Positions 1 to 9,886 of a stretch of 64,000 nucleotides of DNA are shown here, in pieces (positions within the stretch are counted from its first letter, which is position 1; every line of letters begins with the position of its first letter). The notes under the pieces were generated by a model. That model did no database searches. It was given only the letters and a program-made list of their open reading frames with translations, and had not been told where the DNA came from. The position numbers and the translations under genes were made by a program. Source of the stretch: a virus. The stretch covers positions 1 through 64,000 of IMG/VR virus record IMGVR_UViG_3300033571_007537; one strand, given 5' to 3'.

Positions 1-189
1 AGTGCCGTCAGCCACTGGTGGCTCCTCACGCATTGGGTCCCAATACTTAACGTTGATTGGGAGGAATCTGTGTCCACCCTCAACGTCAAGCATTAGACGA
101 GGATATGGTGATGTAACGGCAAAGGTAGATTTACCAACCTTTGATTCTCCGTACACCATCATGGTTAGAGAACGCTGTACTTCTGACAT
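1..189 (-). CDS. AAA-family ATPase (AAA_24/Sak4-like), N-terminal part; runs off the window
   Basis: My translation from ATG at 189: MSEVQRSLTMMVYGESKVGKSTFAVTSPYPRLMLDVEGG. Walker A GESKVGKST followed by LDVEGG; lies next to a PD-(D/E)XK nuclease. Confidence 0.75.
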   Translation of the reverse strand, partial: MSEVQRSLTMMVYGESKVGKSTFAVTSPYPRLMLDVEGGHRFLPINVKYWDPMREEPPVADGT

Positions 190-191
190 GC

Positions 192-1151
192 TTACTCCGT
201 ACCTTTCTTGTCGTCGATGTTGCTTTTGTAGTATCCGTATGGGTCGGCGACCTCATACATCTGCTCGATGGCTGCTTCAGCTGCACTACCGTCATCGATT
301 AGAGGACAGATACTGTAGAACTGGCATTTCCATTTGCAGTCTTTGCTCGGGCTTGGGTAAGCCACGAAGTTTGGGTCAGCCCCTGCATCGAGGGACTTCT
401 TTACATTCATTAGGTCAGTAATTGCACCGTGAATGCGTTGCCAGAAAGCGCGCATAGTGAAGATGTTGTGACGCACTTCAATCTGGTCATAAAACGGAGG
501 CTTAGCAGCAGCAGTACGCTTTACCTTTTTAAGCATGGTAAAGATACCACCCTCGGAGCGTTCGCCGGGTTCTTTGTTCTGAGCGTGTTCCAACATCATG
601 TAGGTAAGAATCTGCTCGTTCATTTGTGCTTGATTAGCAAAATCAGCGAATGAGCCACCAACAGTTTTGAAGTCACGGAACATACGCACACCGTCAGACT
701 TACGACGGACACGCATATCCAACTTACCTTGAAGAATAACTTCACCATCTAGTAGAGGCATCTCAATAATTTCTTCAGTAGAAATCATCTCTAGGTCAGC
801 ATCAATGCCTTGCTCGTCCATCCATTGTAGATAGCCCTCAAGCATAATGCGACCAAGTTCGCCCTCGGACTCTAGGTCAGTAGTGTCGCGATACTCGTCC
901 ATCAAAGTCTTGCGGTCAGTCTCCACGAGTGTTGCGTGAATCTGTAGCAAGTCTTTTTCACAGTTGGAACTGTAGTACTGGTCTAGAGCCTCGTGGATAC
1001 GAGAACCTAGTGCCAAAGCACCAGTGTATTGGGTCTGCTTAGGCATCAGACGACGGTAGTAGTTTAGCCACCACTTACGTCTGCAATCTTTGAATACCTG
1101 AATCTCTGAGTTAGAGAGACGGTATGGCGTTACTGTATTTTCGTCATTCAT
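192..1151 (-). CDS. PD-(D/E)XK (RecB/Cas4-like) exonuclease
   Basis: LSNSEI..F..C.RKW, GSRIHEAL, GKLD...DFKT, Q...Y motifs and a C-terminal Cys cluster (CKWKC...C). Confidence 0.85.
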   Translation of the reverse strand: MNDENTVTPYRLSNSEIQVFKDCRRKWWLNYYRRLMPKQTQYTGALALGSRIHEALDQYYSSNCEKDLLQIHATLVETDRKTLMDEYRDTTDLESEGELGRIMLEGYLQWMDEQGIDADLEMISTEEIIEMPLLDGEVILQGKLDMRVRRKSDGVRMFRDFKTVGGSFADFANQAQMNEQILTYMMLEHAQNKEPGERSEGGIFTMLKKVKRTAAAKPPFYDQIEVRHNIFTMRAFWQRIHGAITDLMNVKKSLDAGADPNFVAYPSPSKDCKWKCQFYSICPLIDDGSAAEAAIEQMYEVADPYGYYKSNIDDKKGTE

Positions 1152-1153
1152 AT

Positions 1154-2968
1154 TTATAGTCTACCAGCCTTATCTTCTTTTAGCAAATCGAGTAGTCTTG
1201 CCTTGTCGTGCACAATCTGCTCGAAGTTATCTGCTTTAGTTTCAAGAACCTGAATAACACGTTCTTCAATAGTTCCCTCAGTTACATAGTCCATGATGAT
1301 TACGGAATCGTGAATCTCAGAACCAATGCGGTGGATGCGGTCCAGTGCTTGCTTGTGGTCAACGAGCGACCAAGGGCGCTGTAGCATAACCAAACGACGA
1401 CCAGTAGTTAGAGTTACACCAACACCACCAGCCTGAACTGTAAACAGAATCCACTTGGTTTTACCAGATTGGAAATCGTCGATAGCCTTTTGACGTTCGT
1501 CTTCAGACTGAGCACCAGTAATCAAACCGTGGTCAATTCCTTCTTTAGTCAACCTAGCACTGAGGAGTTCAATTAGTTGACGCGACACAGCAGCTACTGC
1601 CACTGAGTCATCGCCAAAGTCACCGCTCTTGATATCATCCATTAGAGCATCTACCTTACAGGATGGCTCTGACAAAATAATCTTTTCTTCTCCAGTAACT
1701 TCATCAACTACAGACTGAGCAAAAGAACTTGCAAACTGATGTAGACGAGTTGTCTGAGTAAGAACACTAGGAGCAACAACAGCACTGCCATCGCCTTCAA
1801 GTTCGGCAATCATGTTGTCACGCATGTCTTTGTAAGCCTTTGCTTGCTTTGCTGACATCTCAACGTCGCGACGCTCAAACACCATCTCTGGTAGCCAAGG
1901 AAGAACCTTAGCCTTGAGCATACGACGCATGTGAGGGTTTACTGTAGCGTGGAACTCCTCCTCCATGTGTGGCTTAAGTCCTAGGACCATCATTCCACCA
2001 AAAGCATTGAGCATAGTATTCACCATGCGGTCAATCCAACGAGTCTTTGACGGCCAGTCAGCTGGACTTAGCCAGTGAAGAATAGACCACATATCCAGTA
2101 CGTTGTTTGCAACTGGAGTACCAGTCAATGCAAAACGAATCTCTGCATTACCAGTAGCAGCCCATAGTGCTCTAGTCTGCTTAGACTTAGGCTCTTTTGA
2201 GCGGTGAATCTCGTCAGCCACAACAGCCTTAAAGTCAATGCGGTTCAGTTCACGTTCGTGGACTTCACAGCGAGCCTCGGTAACTCTGAGGTCATGCCCC
2301 TTACATTCTGGACAGCGTGCCAAAGCAACTGAACCATAAGGTGCCAGACGTGAGTGAGAACGTAGTGACTCCCAGTTGATGATGTAGACATCTACATTTT
2401 CTTCTTCGAACTGCTTACGTCTCTGGGTTGCTGAACCCTTGATAACCTGAATGTTTAGTCCCGGCCACCACTTCTCAAACTCGCGTGCCCAGTTCTTTTT
2501 CAAAGTGTTAGGGCAGACAATTAAAGTAGGGAACGGCTCCCCACCCTCTTCCTGAATCTTTTTCAATGCACGAATAGCCTGAGCAGTCTTACCAAGACCC
2601 GGCTCGTCAGCTAGTAGTGCACGCTTAGCAGTAGATAGAAACTTTACTCCTGCACGCTGGTGCGGGAACAGGTCCTCGTCACCTTCGCCCTCAGGCAGCG
2701 ACTCCAACTCACGCAAAGCGTTAGATGGGTCAATACGCTCTAGGCGTTCTTTTGCAGCCCATGCTCGTAGGGCATCTCCTAGAACTAAGTCATCACGGAA
2801 TGTTGAGCGCAACGCCAAACAAGATGACCAAGATACAGGGACTTTCCAAAATTGAGTCTTTCCGTCATAAGTTGCACCGGGAATACTTTTACATAGTTCT
2901 TTGAAGCGCCAATCGGCTTCGATAATGATGTGTTGCTGAGTCTCGTCGAGTTCAACGTTTACTGGCAT
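1154..2968 (-). CDS. SNF2-family DNA helicase
   Basis: ADEPGLGKT, DEIH, LTGTP, QA.DRIHRIG motifs; a CxxC...CxxH insertion precedes motif II. Confidence 0.9.
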   Translation of the reverse strand: MPVNVELDETQQHIIIEADWRFKELCKSIPGATYDGKTQFWKVPVSWSSCLALRSTFRDDLVLGDALRAWAAKERLERIDPSNALRELESLPEGEGDEDLFPHQRAGVKFLSTAKRALLADEPGLGKTAQAIRALKKIQEEGGEPFPTLIVCPNTLKKNWAREFEKWWPGLNIQVIKGSATQRRKQFEEENVDVYIINWESLRSHSRLAPYGSVALARCPECKGHDLRVTEARCEVHERELNRIDFKAVVADEIHRSKEPKSKQTRALWAATGNAEIRFALTGTPVANNVLDMWSILHWLSPADWPSKTRWIDRMVNTMLNAFGGMMVLGLKPHMEEEFHATVNPHMRRMLKAKVLPWLPEMVFERRDVEMSAKQAKAYKDMRDNMIAELEGDGSAVVAPSVLTQTTRLHQFASSFAQSVVDEVTGEEKIILSEPSCKVDALMDDIKSGDFGDDSVAVAAVSRQLIELLSARLTKEGIDHGLITGAQSEDERQKAIDDFQSGKTKWILFTVQAGGVGVTLTTGRRLVMLQRPWSLVDHKQALDRIHRIGSEIHDSVIIMDYVTEGTIEERVIQVLETKADNFEQIVHDKARLLDLLKEDKAGRL

Positions 2969-3048
2969 GTGAAATCCTTTCGTCTTTGTGTATAGATACT
3001 ATCACAAAATTTAAAAAATTATTTGCATTTCGCGATAGTATCTCTAAA

Positions 3049-3516
3049 TTATTTTAGAAGTTTTAATGGCTTCCAACCACTTTTAACTAATCTTAGCAAA
3101 CCGTGGCGGATGCTGTCAAGTGCATGTCCTTCTCCACCACGGTGCCAGTAGTCAAGCATTTTTATCTTTTCATTGGTAAACATCATCTTGGCATCTGCTG
3201 GAGATTGAAAGTAGATGTCGTCTGGTGCTCGACCATTGTCCATCATAATCTGCTTGAGAATACCAATCTGCTCTAGTGAGTAAGGAGCCTGAGAGTTCCT
3301 AACAGTCTGAGCATTGATAGTAAATCTTTCGCACACAACTTCTAATCTTGCGCCCCTAGATTGAGAGAAAGCAAAAGCTCTTCTAATCGGGTCAGCATAT
3401 TCATGTTGTTGCACTTCCATTGACCAAAGCATTTCTGGCTCAACGTCTGGACCCTCCCATACAAAGTATGAAAGTCCTGATGCTTTTCCAGGGTCTACTG
3501 CAAGTATGTGTCTCAT
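3049..3516 (-). CDS. RuvC-like Holliday junction resolvase (start reassigned to MRHILAVDPG)
   Basis: ILAVDPG, VCE and HALD RNase H-fold acidic motifs; TAATG overlap with the polA stop at 3514-3518. Confidence 0.75.
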   Translation of the reverse strand: MRHILAVDPGKASGLSYFVWEGPDVEPEMLWSMEVQQHEYADPIRRAFAFSQSRGARLEVVCERFTINAQTVRNSQAPYSLEQIGILKQIMMDNGRAPDDIYFQSPADAKMMFTNEKIKMLDYWHRGGEGHALDSIRHGLLRLVKSGWKPLKLLK

Positions 3517-5333
3517 TAGTATTTGGCTCCCCAGTTTTCTAGTGGTCCGTCTACATCGGCAGTTAGCGGAACTGCCCAACCGTCTGTAGTTGTCATACAC
3601 TGACGAACAATGCGTTGAATCTCAATCGCATCTTCGCGTGGTGCGTTCAAAACAATTTCGTCGTGAACAGGGACAATTAGCAAATCTGTTAAATCGGCTT
3701 GGTCAAGTTTGATTAGGTTTGATTTAAACACCTCAGCAGCACCACCCTGAATCAAGTAGTTGGTCAAAGTATAAACACGGTCCTCGTCACAAGGTAGGCG
3801 ACGTCCAGTCCAAGTATTTACATAGCCCTGCCCCTCTGAGCGAAGACGACGCATACCAATGTCTTCTACTTTCTTTTGGAACAAGGTCATACCCGGAAAA
3901 CGCTGGTCGAAAGCATCAGATACAGCCTGCATCTGAGGCTTAGGAACACCAGCGGTCATAGCCTGCTTCTCTACACCTGCACCATAGAGACGTCCATAAA
4001 CCACACCTTTGATAAGACCACGACGCTTGTCTGACTTCTGCATAGTCGGGTCTTGGTAGATTTCACGACCAATCTCGGTAAACGGGTCAGAGCCAGTTGC
4101 GTCAGCAAGGTTGAATAGGTTGATTAGGTTTTCATCCTGAGACAAAGAGGCAAACATACGGAACTCGACTTGGTCAAGGTCGGAAGTAATAATTACGTGG
4201 TCTTCGTCTTTAGGCAAGAATGCTCGACGGACAGTGTCGTCACCCTTAGGCAAAGTTTGCAACGCAGGGTTAGTAATTGACATACGTCCAGTACGAGCAC
4301 CCATAGTTTTTACGGATGGATGTACAAAACCATTGACGTTATCAGTAAGGAAGTTTTTAAAGTAAGTGTTTGCCAACTTGTCAGACTTGCGTTGTTTTAG
4401 AACAACTTCAGCCAACTGCTGAACTTCTGGCGAGCCACTAATCATCAAAGCTTTTAGTTGGTCAGCTGATGCTGACTTTTGTCCAGACGGAGTAGTTTCG
4501 GTAATTTCTGCACCTAAGTTTTCCAAAAGACGAACTAGTTGAATGTTGCTAGTGATAGAAACTCCATAGCTGTCTTTACCCCACTGCTTTACAGATTCTC
4601 CATACTGAGTAAGTTCATCAAACTTCTTCTGCGAATAGTCAAGGTCGATGCGAGCACCATTTAGTTCCATGCGAGTAACAATTTTGCGGGTAGCCATTTC
4701 CAATTCGTACGCTCTAGCGTAGGGCTGTCCCGGACCACACTTCTCCCAGAACTGCTCAAATAGACGCATAGTAAGAACGGTGTCAAGTGCGCCATAGGAC
4801 CAGTAAGGTTGGAAGTTGGTAGGGACAGTTCCCCAAGTCCAACCGTTCTTAGACATAGCCTCGTCAAGATGAGATTGTAGGGCAGCTGCTTTACCATCGA
4901 CGTACTGAGCAGTCAGACGCTTTAGAGCACCAGAACCAAGTGGGTCAATAAGCTGAGCCATAATCATTGTGTCATGGGCTTTGTGCCAAGGCATACGCCA
5001 ATCAGATTGAATCTCAAACCACTTAGCTTCAAACGCAATGTTGTGACAAACAATTTGTCCGTCAAACTTATTCATTGCTTCGTAGAACACACCAGCCCAC
5101 TCTGCCCAAGGGATAGCCCAACCACGCTGACCATCGCCAACCTGTACAAGACGAATACGCCCATGCCAAGGAGAAAGAGCATCTTTTCTGTCATTACCAG
5201 CGAGTTCGCCAGTTTCAATGTCTACAGCAATAGCGTCCCAAGGGCGACGTTCACCGAGCCATGTAATAAATTCTTGAGCCTTGTCGACACTATCTATGAG
5301 TTCGAGTTTGACACTTTCGAGTCCGTTAGTCAT
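3516..5333 (-). CDS. polA: DNA polymerase family A (3'-5' exonuclease plus polymerase, no 5' nuclease)
   Basis: Exo DIET, HNIAFE, Y..LD; RTGRMS..NPALQ, DLDQVEFR, KGVVYGRLYG, NYLIQG, VHDE. Confidence 0.95.
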   Translation of the reverse strand: MTNGLESVKLELIDSVDKAQEFITWLGERRPWDAIAVDIETGELAGNDRKDALSPWHGRIRLVQVGDGQRGWAIPWAEWAGVFYEAMNKFDGQIVCHNIAFEAKWFEIQSDWRMPWHKAHDTMIMAQLIDPLGSGALKRLTAQYVDGKAAALQSHLDEAMSKNGWTWGTVPTNFQPYWSYGALDTVLTMRLFEQFWEKCGPGQPYARAYELEMATRKIVTRMELNGARIDLDYSQKKFDELTQYGESVKQWGKDSYGVSITSNIQLVRLLENLGAEITETTPSGQKSASADQLKALMISGSPEVQQLAEVVLKQRKSDKLANTYFKNFLTDNVNGFVHPSVKTMGARTGRMSITNPALQTLPKGDDTVRRAFLPKDEDHVIITSDLDQVEFRMFASLSQDENLINLFNLADATGSDPFTEIGREIYQDPTMQKSDKRRGLIKGVVYGRLYGAGVEKQAMTAGVPKPQMQAVSDAFDQRFPGMTLFQKKVEDIGMRRLRSEGQGYVNTWTGRRLPCDEDRVYTLTNYLIQGGAAEVFKSNLIKLDQADLTDLLIVPVHDEIVLNAPREDAIEIQRIVRQCMTTTDGWAVPLTADVDGPLENWGAKY

Positions 5334-5357
5334 TTATATCCTTTTGTCTTTGTATTT

Positions 5358-5385
5358 ATAGTACCGTTTATTTTTTAAAAGTCAA
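5358..5385 (-). promoter_or_regulatory. Sigma70-type promoter upstream of polA
   Basis: Minus strand TTGACT-N16-TACTAT, then leader ACAAAGACAAAAGGA and the ATG. Confidence 0.55.
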
Positions 5386-5637
5386 CTACACTAAATCTTC
5401 GCCATCATCCTCTTCAGGAAATTCTCGAATTGAGGGAAAGTCTTCAGGGCTAAAGTCTACAATTGGAAGCATAACTCCAGCAGCAACTGCTTGTCCAACT
5501 AGGTACAAAGCTTCTTTGTCTGTAAATCCTGAATCAACCAGTGCTTTTTTCATTTCATGTAGCTCGATAGCTATCGATAGCATGTATGAAACAGGGTCAT
5601 CACTAATACTAGAGGAGTCTCTAGGCTCGTCTGTCAT
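5386..5637 (-). CDS. Hypothetical acidic protein
   Basis: 83-aa ORF abutting its upstream neighbour in the same orientation. Confidence 0.65.
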   Translation of the reverse strand: MTDEPRDSSSISDDPVSYMLSIAIELHEMKKALVDSGFTDKEALYLVGQAVAAGVMLPIVDFSPEDFPSIREFPEEDDGEDLV

Positions 5638-6108
5638 TTATGGAATCATTTCAATCCGATAGATGGACTCGATAGCCTTATCTATGTCGGATGCGTTCTC
5701 CAATAGTCTTTGGGCGACGTTAGTCAGATAACGAGCACCGCCTTGGTCATACTTATATAAAGCTTCTAGAACAGCAATAGGCTCTTCTGAAACCTGTGCC
5801 CAGTAGCGATGCTTCTCAGGAAAAACTAAATCGGCTTCTTCTGTTGGCGAACACTCTTCACAAGGGAGAGCGTCTTTGTCTAGCACTTCAGGGGACGATT
5901 CAGTCAACCCATATCGTTTAACCAAGGCGCAAGCCGCACCGTGGTAGACAAGAGAGACTCCGACACGAGAAAGAATGTATGAACCGCTCTGAGTCTTATA
6001 AAGTTCAAACTCAATCCATCTGGTTGAGCCACGTCGCCATGAAGACGACTTACCTAATAGCGTTCCATCAAACTGTAACGTTCTAGAGCCATCTTTTACG
6101 TAATACAT
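5638..6108 (-). CDS. Hypothetical protein with Cys/His motifs (start reassigned to MYYVKDG)
   Basis: The longer ORF overlaps the upstream gene; H...C and CEEC motifs. Confidence 0.65.
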   Translation of the reverse strand: MYYVKDGSRTLQFDGTLLGKSSSWRRGSTRWIEFELYKTQSGSYILSRVGVSLVYHGAACALVKRYGLTESSPEVLDKDALPCEECSPTEEADLVFPEKHRYWAQVSEEPIAVLEALYKYDQGGARYLTNVAQRLLENASDIDKAIESIYRIEMIP

Positions 6109-6128
6109 GTCGGTTGTCCTGAGTCTGT

Positions 6129-6497
6129 CTATTCGGAAGTTGGAGGTTCGACTGGCGGGATGGACTCGTGCCCATCTCTCCACTCTATTATTAAGTCTAC
6201 CGCAAAAATTTTCCCATTCGTGTCTCTCCACGAATCATTTTTTCCAACCAATTTGTGCTCGTTGTTGCTGACGTCGGTGACAGTAATCTCAGAAATTGTG
6301 GTCGGGAGGTTTAGGTTAGCAAAGTCCTTTTTAACCACCTCTAAAGTCCAACCATTAGCAATGTCACATGGGAGTGCCCCACCCTCATATAGGGTGCCAT
6401 CTATGTTAGTTACTTTAAATCCCTGAGTAGCAACAGATTGAGTAGTCTCGTTGTAAAAAGTAGCGTGCACTACATCATTTACTTGAATGTTTGTCAT
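6129..6497 (-). CDS. Hypothetical protein at the end of the tail module
   Basis: 122 aa with AGGAGA RBS; follows the last minor tail gene. Confidence 0.65.
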   Translation of the reverse strand: MTNIQVNDVVHATFYNETTQSVATQGFKVTNIDGTLYEGGALPCDIANGWTLEVVKKDFANLNLPTTISEITVTDVSNNEHKLVGKNDSWRDTNGKIFAVDLIIEWRDGHESIPPVEPPTSE

Positions 6498-6508
6498 ATT
6501 ATCTCCTA

Positions 6509-9500
6509 TTATAGCTTATACGTGTAAGTCACTCGAAGTCTAGGTTCATCAGCCATCGTGTTTCCATCAAAATAGCCGTAGTTAGGTAGCCCGTTATAGT
6601 AGGCATCCGTACCAGAGCTATTGGTGATACCAAGTAAGATGCCTCGAGCTGTCTGCGAACCCGGCCTAAATGCTAGAGCAATAGCGCTAGCACTATTAGA
6701 GGTCAGTGTTACCCACTTTCCTTGACCTCTAGTAAAGGTAGATGTTACAGGGGTAAATCCATTTGGAGAATCTGGGACAGAGGAGCCTAGAGATGAGCTA
6801 TCGTGGACACCAATATATGCGGTTAATCCTCCAGAGTTATAAGAGTGGCGGTTTCGTAAATAAACTTCCACTCTTGTGACAGTTACATCTGTAGCACCTG
6901 ACGGTATGTTATTAGCGAACGCGGGGAAAAGTACAGCAGATTTTTTAACGCCGCTGGCAGTTCCAGGATTACCTTGATACAGAGAGTAACGATAGGCATA
7001 AGGGTCAGAAGTTCCCGTGCCCTTGCCATAGTTATCGTAATATGCAGAGTCAGAAGCATTAACTGTTTGAGTTTTTGTATAGGTAGTGGTATTGGTCCCC
7101 CCACCAGTCCCTCCACTGCTGCTAGTAAAAGTTAGGTCTAGTAGGCCAGTTATGCCCACCTTGGTGACGTTTACAGCCGTCTTTGCTTGTCCAACATCTA
7201 ATACTGAAAGCTCCATCTGCTGCGTACCACTTGGGGTGCCAAAGTCAGTGGTGATGTTGTATGAAGGAGTAGAACCGTGGCGTAATCTTAGTAGCCACCT
7301 AATCGGTACTCCAGCTGGCAGCTTACCAACTTCAGAAAGCAGAGGGTCAACCTTACGGACAGTACCTGAACTAGAACTATAGGAAGTATTGGCAGAACTT
7401 ACATAAGTAAATTGAGTAGTAGAAGGTGTTCCAGTGACTGCATAGGTCCCCTCTATAGTGTTTACAACTGGGTCAGGAGTGCCAGTAATATTTATACCTA
7501 CAAAATCAACATTGGCTACTAACCCATGAGGAGTTGCGGTGGTCACTGTAACTGTAGTACTAGGAGAAGTTCTAACAAGAGTAGAGATAGATAAAGTATT
7601 TGGAGCTGTTGTTGCCACTGCCGAGTATGTTCCAATCAGTGGTGCAAAAGAAGAAGCTACTCCATTTGCCATCAGTTGTCCCATATGCTTTGGAGCATTG
7701 CTAGCTCCTTCAGAGTTTAAAGGCTCCGTGCTCATTAGTAGTTCAAAAATAGCATTTACAGAAGGCGAAGCGCGGAGTCCATTAGTTGCCGCTATTATTT
7801 GATACTGCCTACCCTCTTCGACTGAAAATGTACCATGAGCAAGAGTATAAAATTGCTTGTCTATAAGCTGATTATTGGCTACATAAAAAGTACCTTGATA
7901 AATCAGCCCACGAGCTAGTCTCTCAAGTAGTGAGCCAGTGTATTCGATGTCGTTATACGTAGCATCATAAAAGTCTCCGACTAGATTATAATCATCGACC
8001 ACCACTTCACTAGTAGTGATTGATGGAGTAATTAAAGAAGAAAATGTGCCTATACCAGATTTATCAATCGACGCTACAGACTCCCCATCTACCCTAGTTA
8101 CGCTAAAGAAATTATCGGAGGACGTGCCCAAGTCGGTAGAGACCGAGTCGCTATCACCGCTAGATATAAACCTAAGCCCATCAGGGCCTGACTCTACTCT
8201 TACGTCGCTAGTTCCAGTGTGCGCGATAGCTCTTCTATTAGGTAGCGTTGTGTAGGGAATGGCCGCTGGGGGGACTACATCGACCTGAATAACAGTATCC
8301 GTACTATCAGCACTAACGACATATTCCCCATCAAAACCTGCATACGCTGGGTCGATAGCATCTATCCCGCTTATTCGTACCCTCTCCCCCTCCAACAGCC
8401 CATGACCTTCGAATGTAGAAAATTTAATAAAGTCACTAATTACGTTGACTACATAGCTTTCAATAGCAGTTATATAGGAGAAGCGAGGGGTTCCGACTTG
8501 AGCTAATCCTTCAGGAGATACTGCGGTAGCTGGATATGCGCCTCCAACAACACTTCTACTATAAGAAAAAGTATTGCTCGTGGTAGCAGATATCAAAGCC
8601 TGACCATTAAACACGCTTCCAGAGCGAGTGACAGTTTCGGTTATAGATGTAGAACCTACAGCAGCTAGAGCCGTTTGAACTCTAAATCTAGTGCTGTTAG
8701 GCACGCTGGCGACAGTATAACTACCATTAATGGTTGTTCCAGATATTGATATTGGTGCATCGGAGGAAAGCCCGTGAGCAGTTGTTGTATCTACAACTAA
8801 AAGATTTGGAGTGCTGCCAGAACCACCGCCAGCAAGCACTTGATACGAGCTGGTAGTTGCAACATCTACAATTCCAGAAATCTTAACGGCATCGCCAACA
8901 TAGAAACCATGGTCAGTAGCTGTGGTCAGTGTTGCTACGTTTGCAGTTATAGATTTAGAAGACACGTTAGCGGTTACTAGCGGGACAGCTCCAGAGCCAA
9001 TAATTTCAAAAACTTTTGCAGCCCTAAGAACCCTAGTGTCAGTAATCGTGTATGGGAGTTCTGCATAGACTGCATACTCTCCAGCCGTTTCAGGTAGGTC
9101 TACAGAAACTCTATCTTCAAGGGAAATATAGTCGAATACTTCAATAGAAACTCTTCCAGCAATAGCAAGATATATTTTTGCACTGTTGCTAGGAGCAGAA
9201 GCTGGGGCAGCATAAGTAAATGAGTCAGTGTCTACGGAGATAATGGTAGCCACGGAATCATAGCTCGGTCCGCAGCCAGTTATTTTTACAACATTGCCTA
9301 CGGAGTATCCATGAGGTTCTCTAGTAACAGCAGTAACTACACCGTCAATTGTTTCTAACTCATCAACGAGAAGCTTTTCAGCAGCGTTCCAATATACAAC
9401 CTTTACTGGAATAGGAGCAGCAGATTCCCAAGTCGCGTAAACCTTCTTGCTTTTTGGAACAGAAAGTCTGCCAGTCAGGTATATACGAGCGTCTCCGCCC

Positions 9501-9886
9501 GCAACACCAGTAGTGGTAAAAGATATACCAGCAGTCGTAACAGTAACATTTTGGATATCTTCGTTGTTGTGTATACCGCTTCTGTGAAGCTCATTCAGGC
9601 CAAAAATAACGTCAGTCCAATACTCAACGTTGTCAAGTGGTGCAGGAACTCTTTGGTTAGCCTCTCCGTTAGGAGTGTAAGCAGATAGAGATAAGGCTCT
9701 AGAACTAATTGAGCCCTCTGAAAAAGATGCCCCCGTGATGCTACCTAAGTCAATAGAGCCATCTATTACAGCACCATCAGCTAAAGAATATGGAGTGCTT
9801 GTATGCTCAACGCGGGTAACTACCTGATTGATGCTAGAAAGAGTAGCGGCTACTGATTTTTTAGAACGAATTCTTTTGCTAGGCAT
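6509..9886 (-). CDS. Minor tail / receptor-binding protein
   Basis: 1125 aa, S/T/G/V-rich, several T..HG...GD.V.ISG repeats, distinct C-terminal beta domain; position after the hub gene. Confidence 0.75.
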   Translation of the reverse strand: MPSKRIRSKKSVAATLSSINQVVTRVEHTSTPYSLADGAVIDGSIDLGSITGASFSEGSISSRALSLSAYTPNGEANQRVPAPLDNVEYWTDVIFGLNELHRSGIHNNEDIQNVTVTTAGISFTTTGVAGGDARIYLTGRLSVPKSKKVYATWESAAPIPVKVVYWNAAEKLLVDELETIDGVVTAVTREPHGYSVGNVVKITGCGPSYDSVATIISVDTDSFTYAAPASAPSNSAKIYLAIAGRVSIEVFDYISLEDRVSVDLPETAGEYAVYAELPYTITDTRVLRAAKVFEIIGSGAVPLVTANVSSKSITANVATLTTATDHGFYVGDAVKISGIVDVATTSSYQVLAGGGSGSTPNLLVVDTTTAHGLSSDAPISISGTTINGSYTVASVPNSTRFRVQTALAAVGSTSITETVTRSGSVFNGQALISATTSNTFSYSRSVVGGAYPATAVSPEGLAQVGTPRFSYITAIESYVVNVISDFIKFSTFEGHGLLEGERVRISGIDAIDPAYAGFDGEYVVSADSTDTVIQVDVVPPAAIPYTTLPNRRAIAHTGTSDVRVESGPDGLRFISSGDSDSVSTDLGTSSDNFFSVTRVDGESVASIDKSGIGTFSSLITPSITTSEVVVDDYNLVGDFYDATYNDIEYTGSLLERLARGLIYQGTFYVANNQLIDKQFYTLAHGTFSVEEGRQYQIIAATNGLRASPSVNAIFELLMSTEPLNSEGASNAPKHMGQLMANGVASSFAPLIGTYSAVATTAPNTLSISTLVRTSPSTTVTVTTATPHGLVANVDFVGINITGTPDPVVNTIEGTYAVTGTPSTTQFTYVSSANTSYSSSSGTVRKVDPLLSEVGKLPAGVPIRWLLRLRHGSTPSYNITTDFGTPSGTQQMELSVLDVGQAKTAVNVTKVGITGLLDLTFTSSSGGTGGGTNTTTYTKTQTVNASDSAYYDNYGKGTGTSDPYAYRYSLYQGNPGTASGVKKSAVLFPAFANNIPSGATDVTVTRVEVYLRNRHSYNSGGLTAYIGVHDSSSLGSSVPDSPNGFTPVTSTFTRGQGKWVTLTSNSASAIALAFRPGSQTARGILLGITNSSGTDAYYNGLPNYGYFDGNTMADEPRLRVTYTYKL

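Noticed and set aside
192-1151. Cas4-like nuclease as evidence of CRISPR-Cas
   Set aside because: It is a stand-alone phage replication/recombination nuclease next to a helicase and an ATPase.
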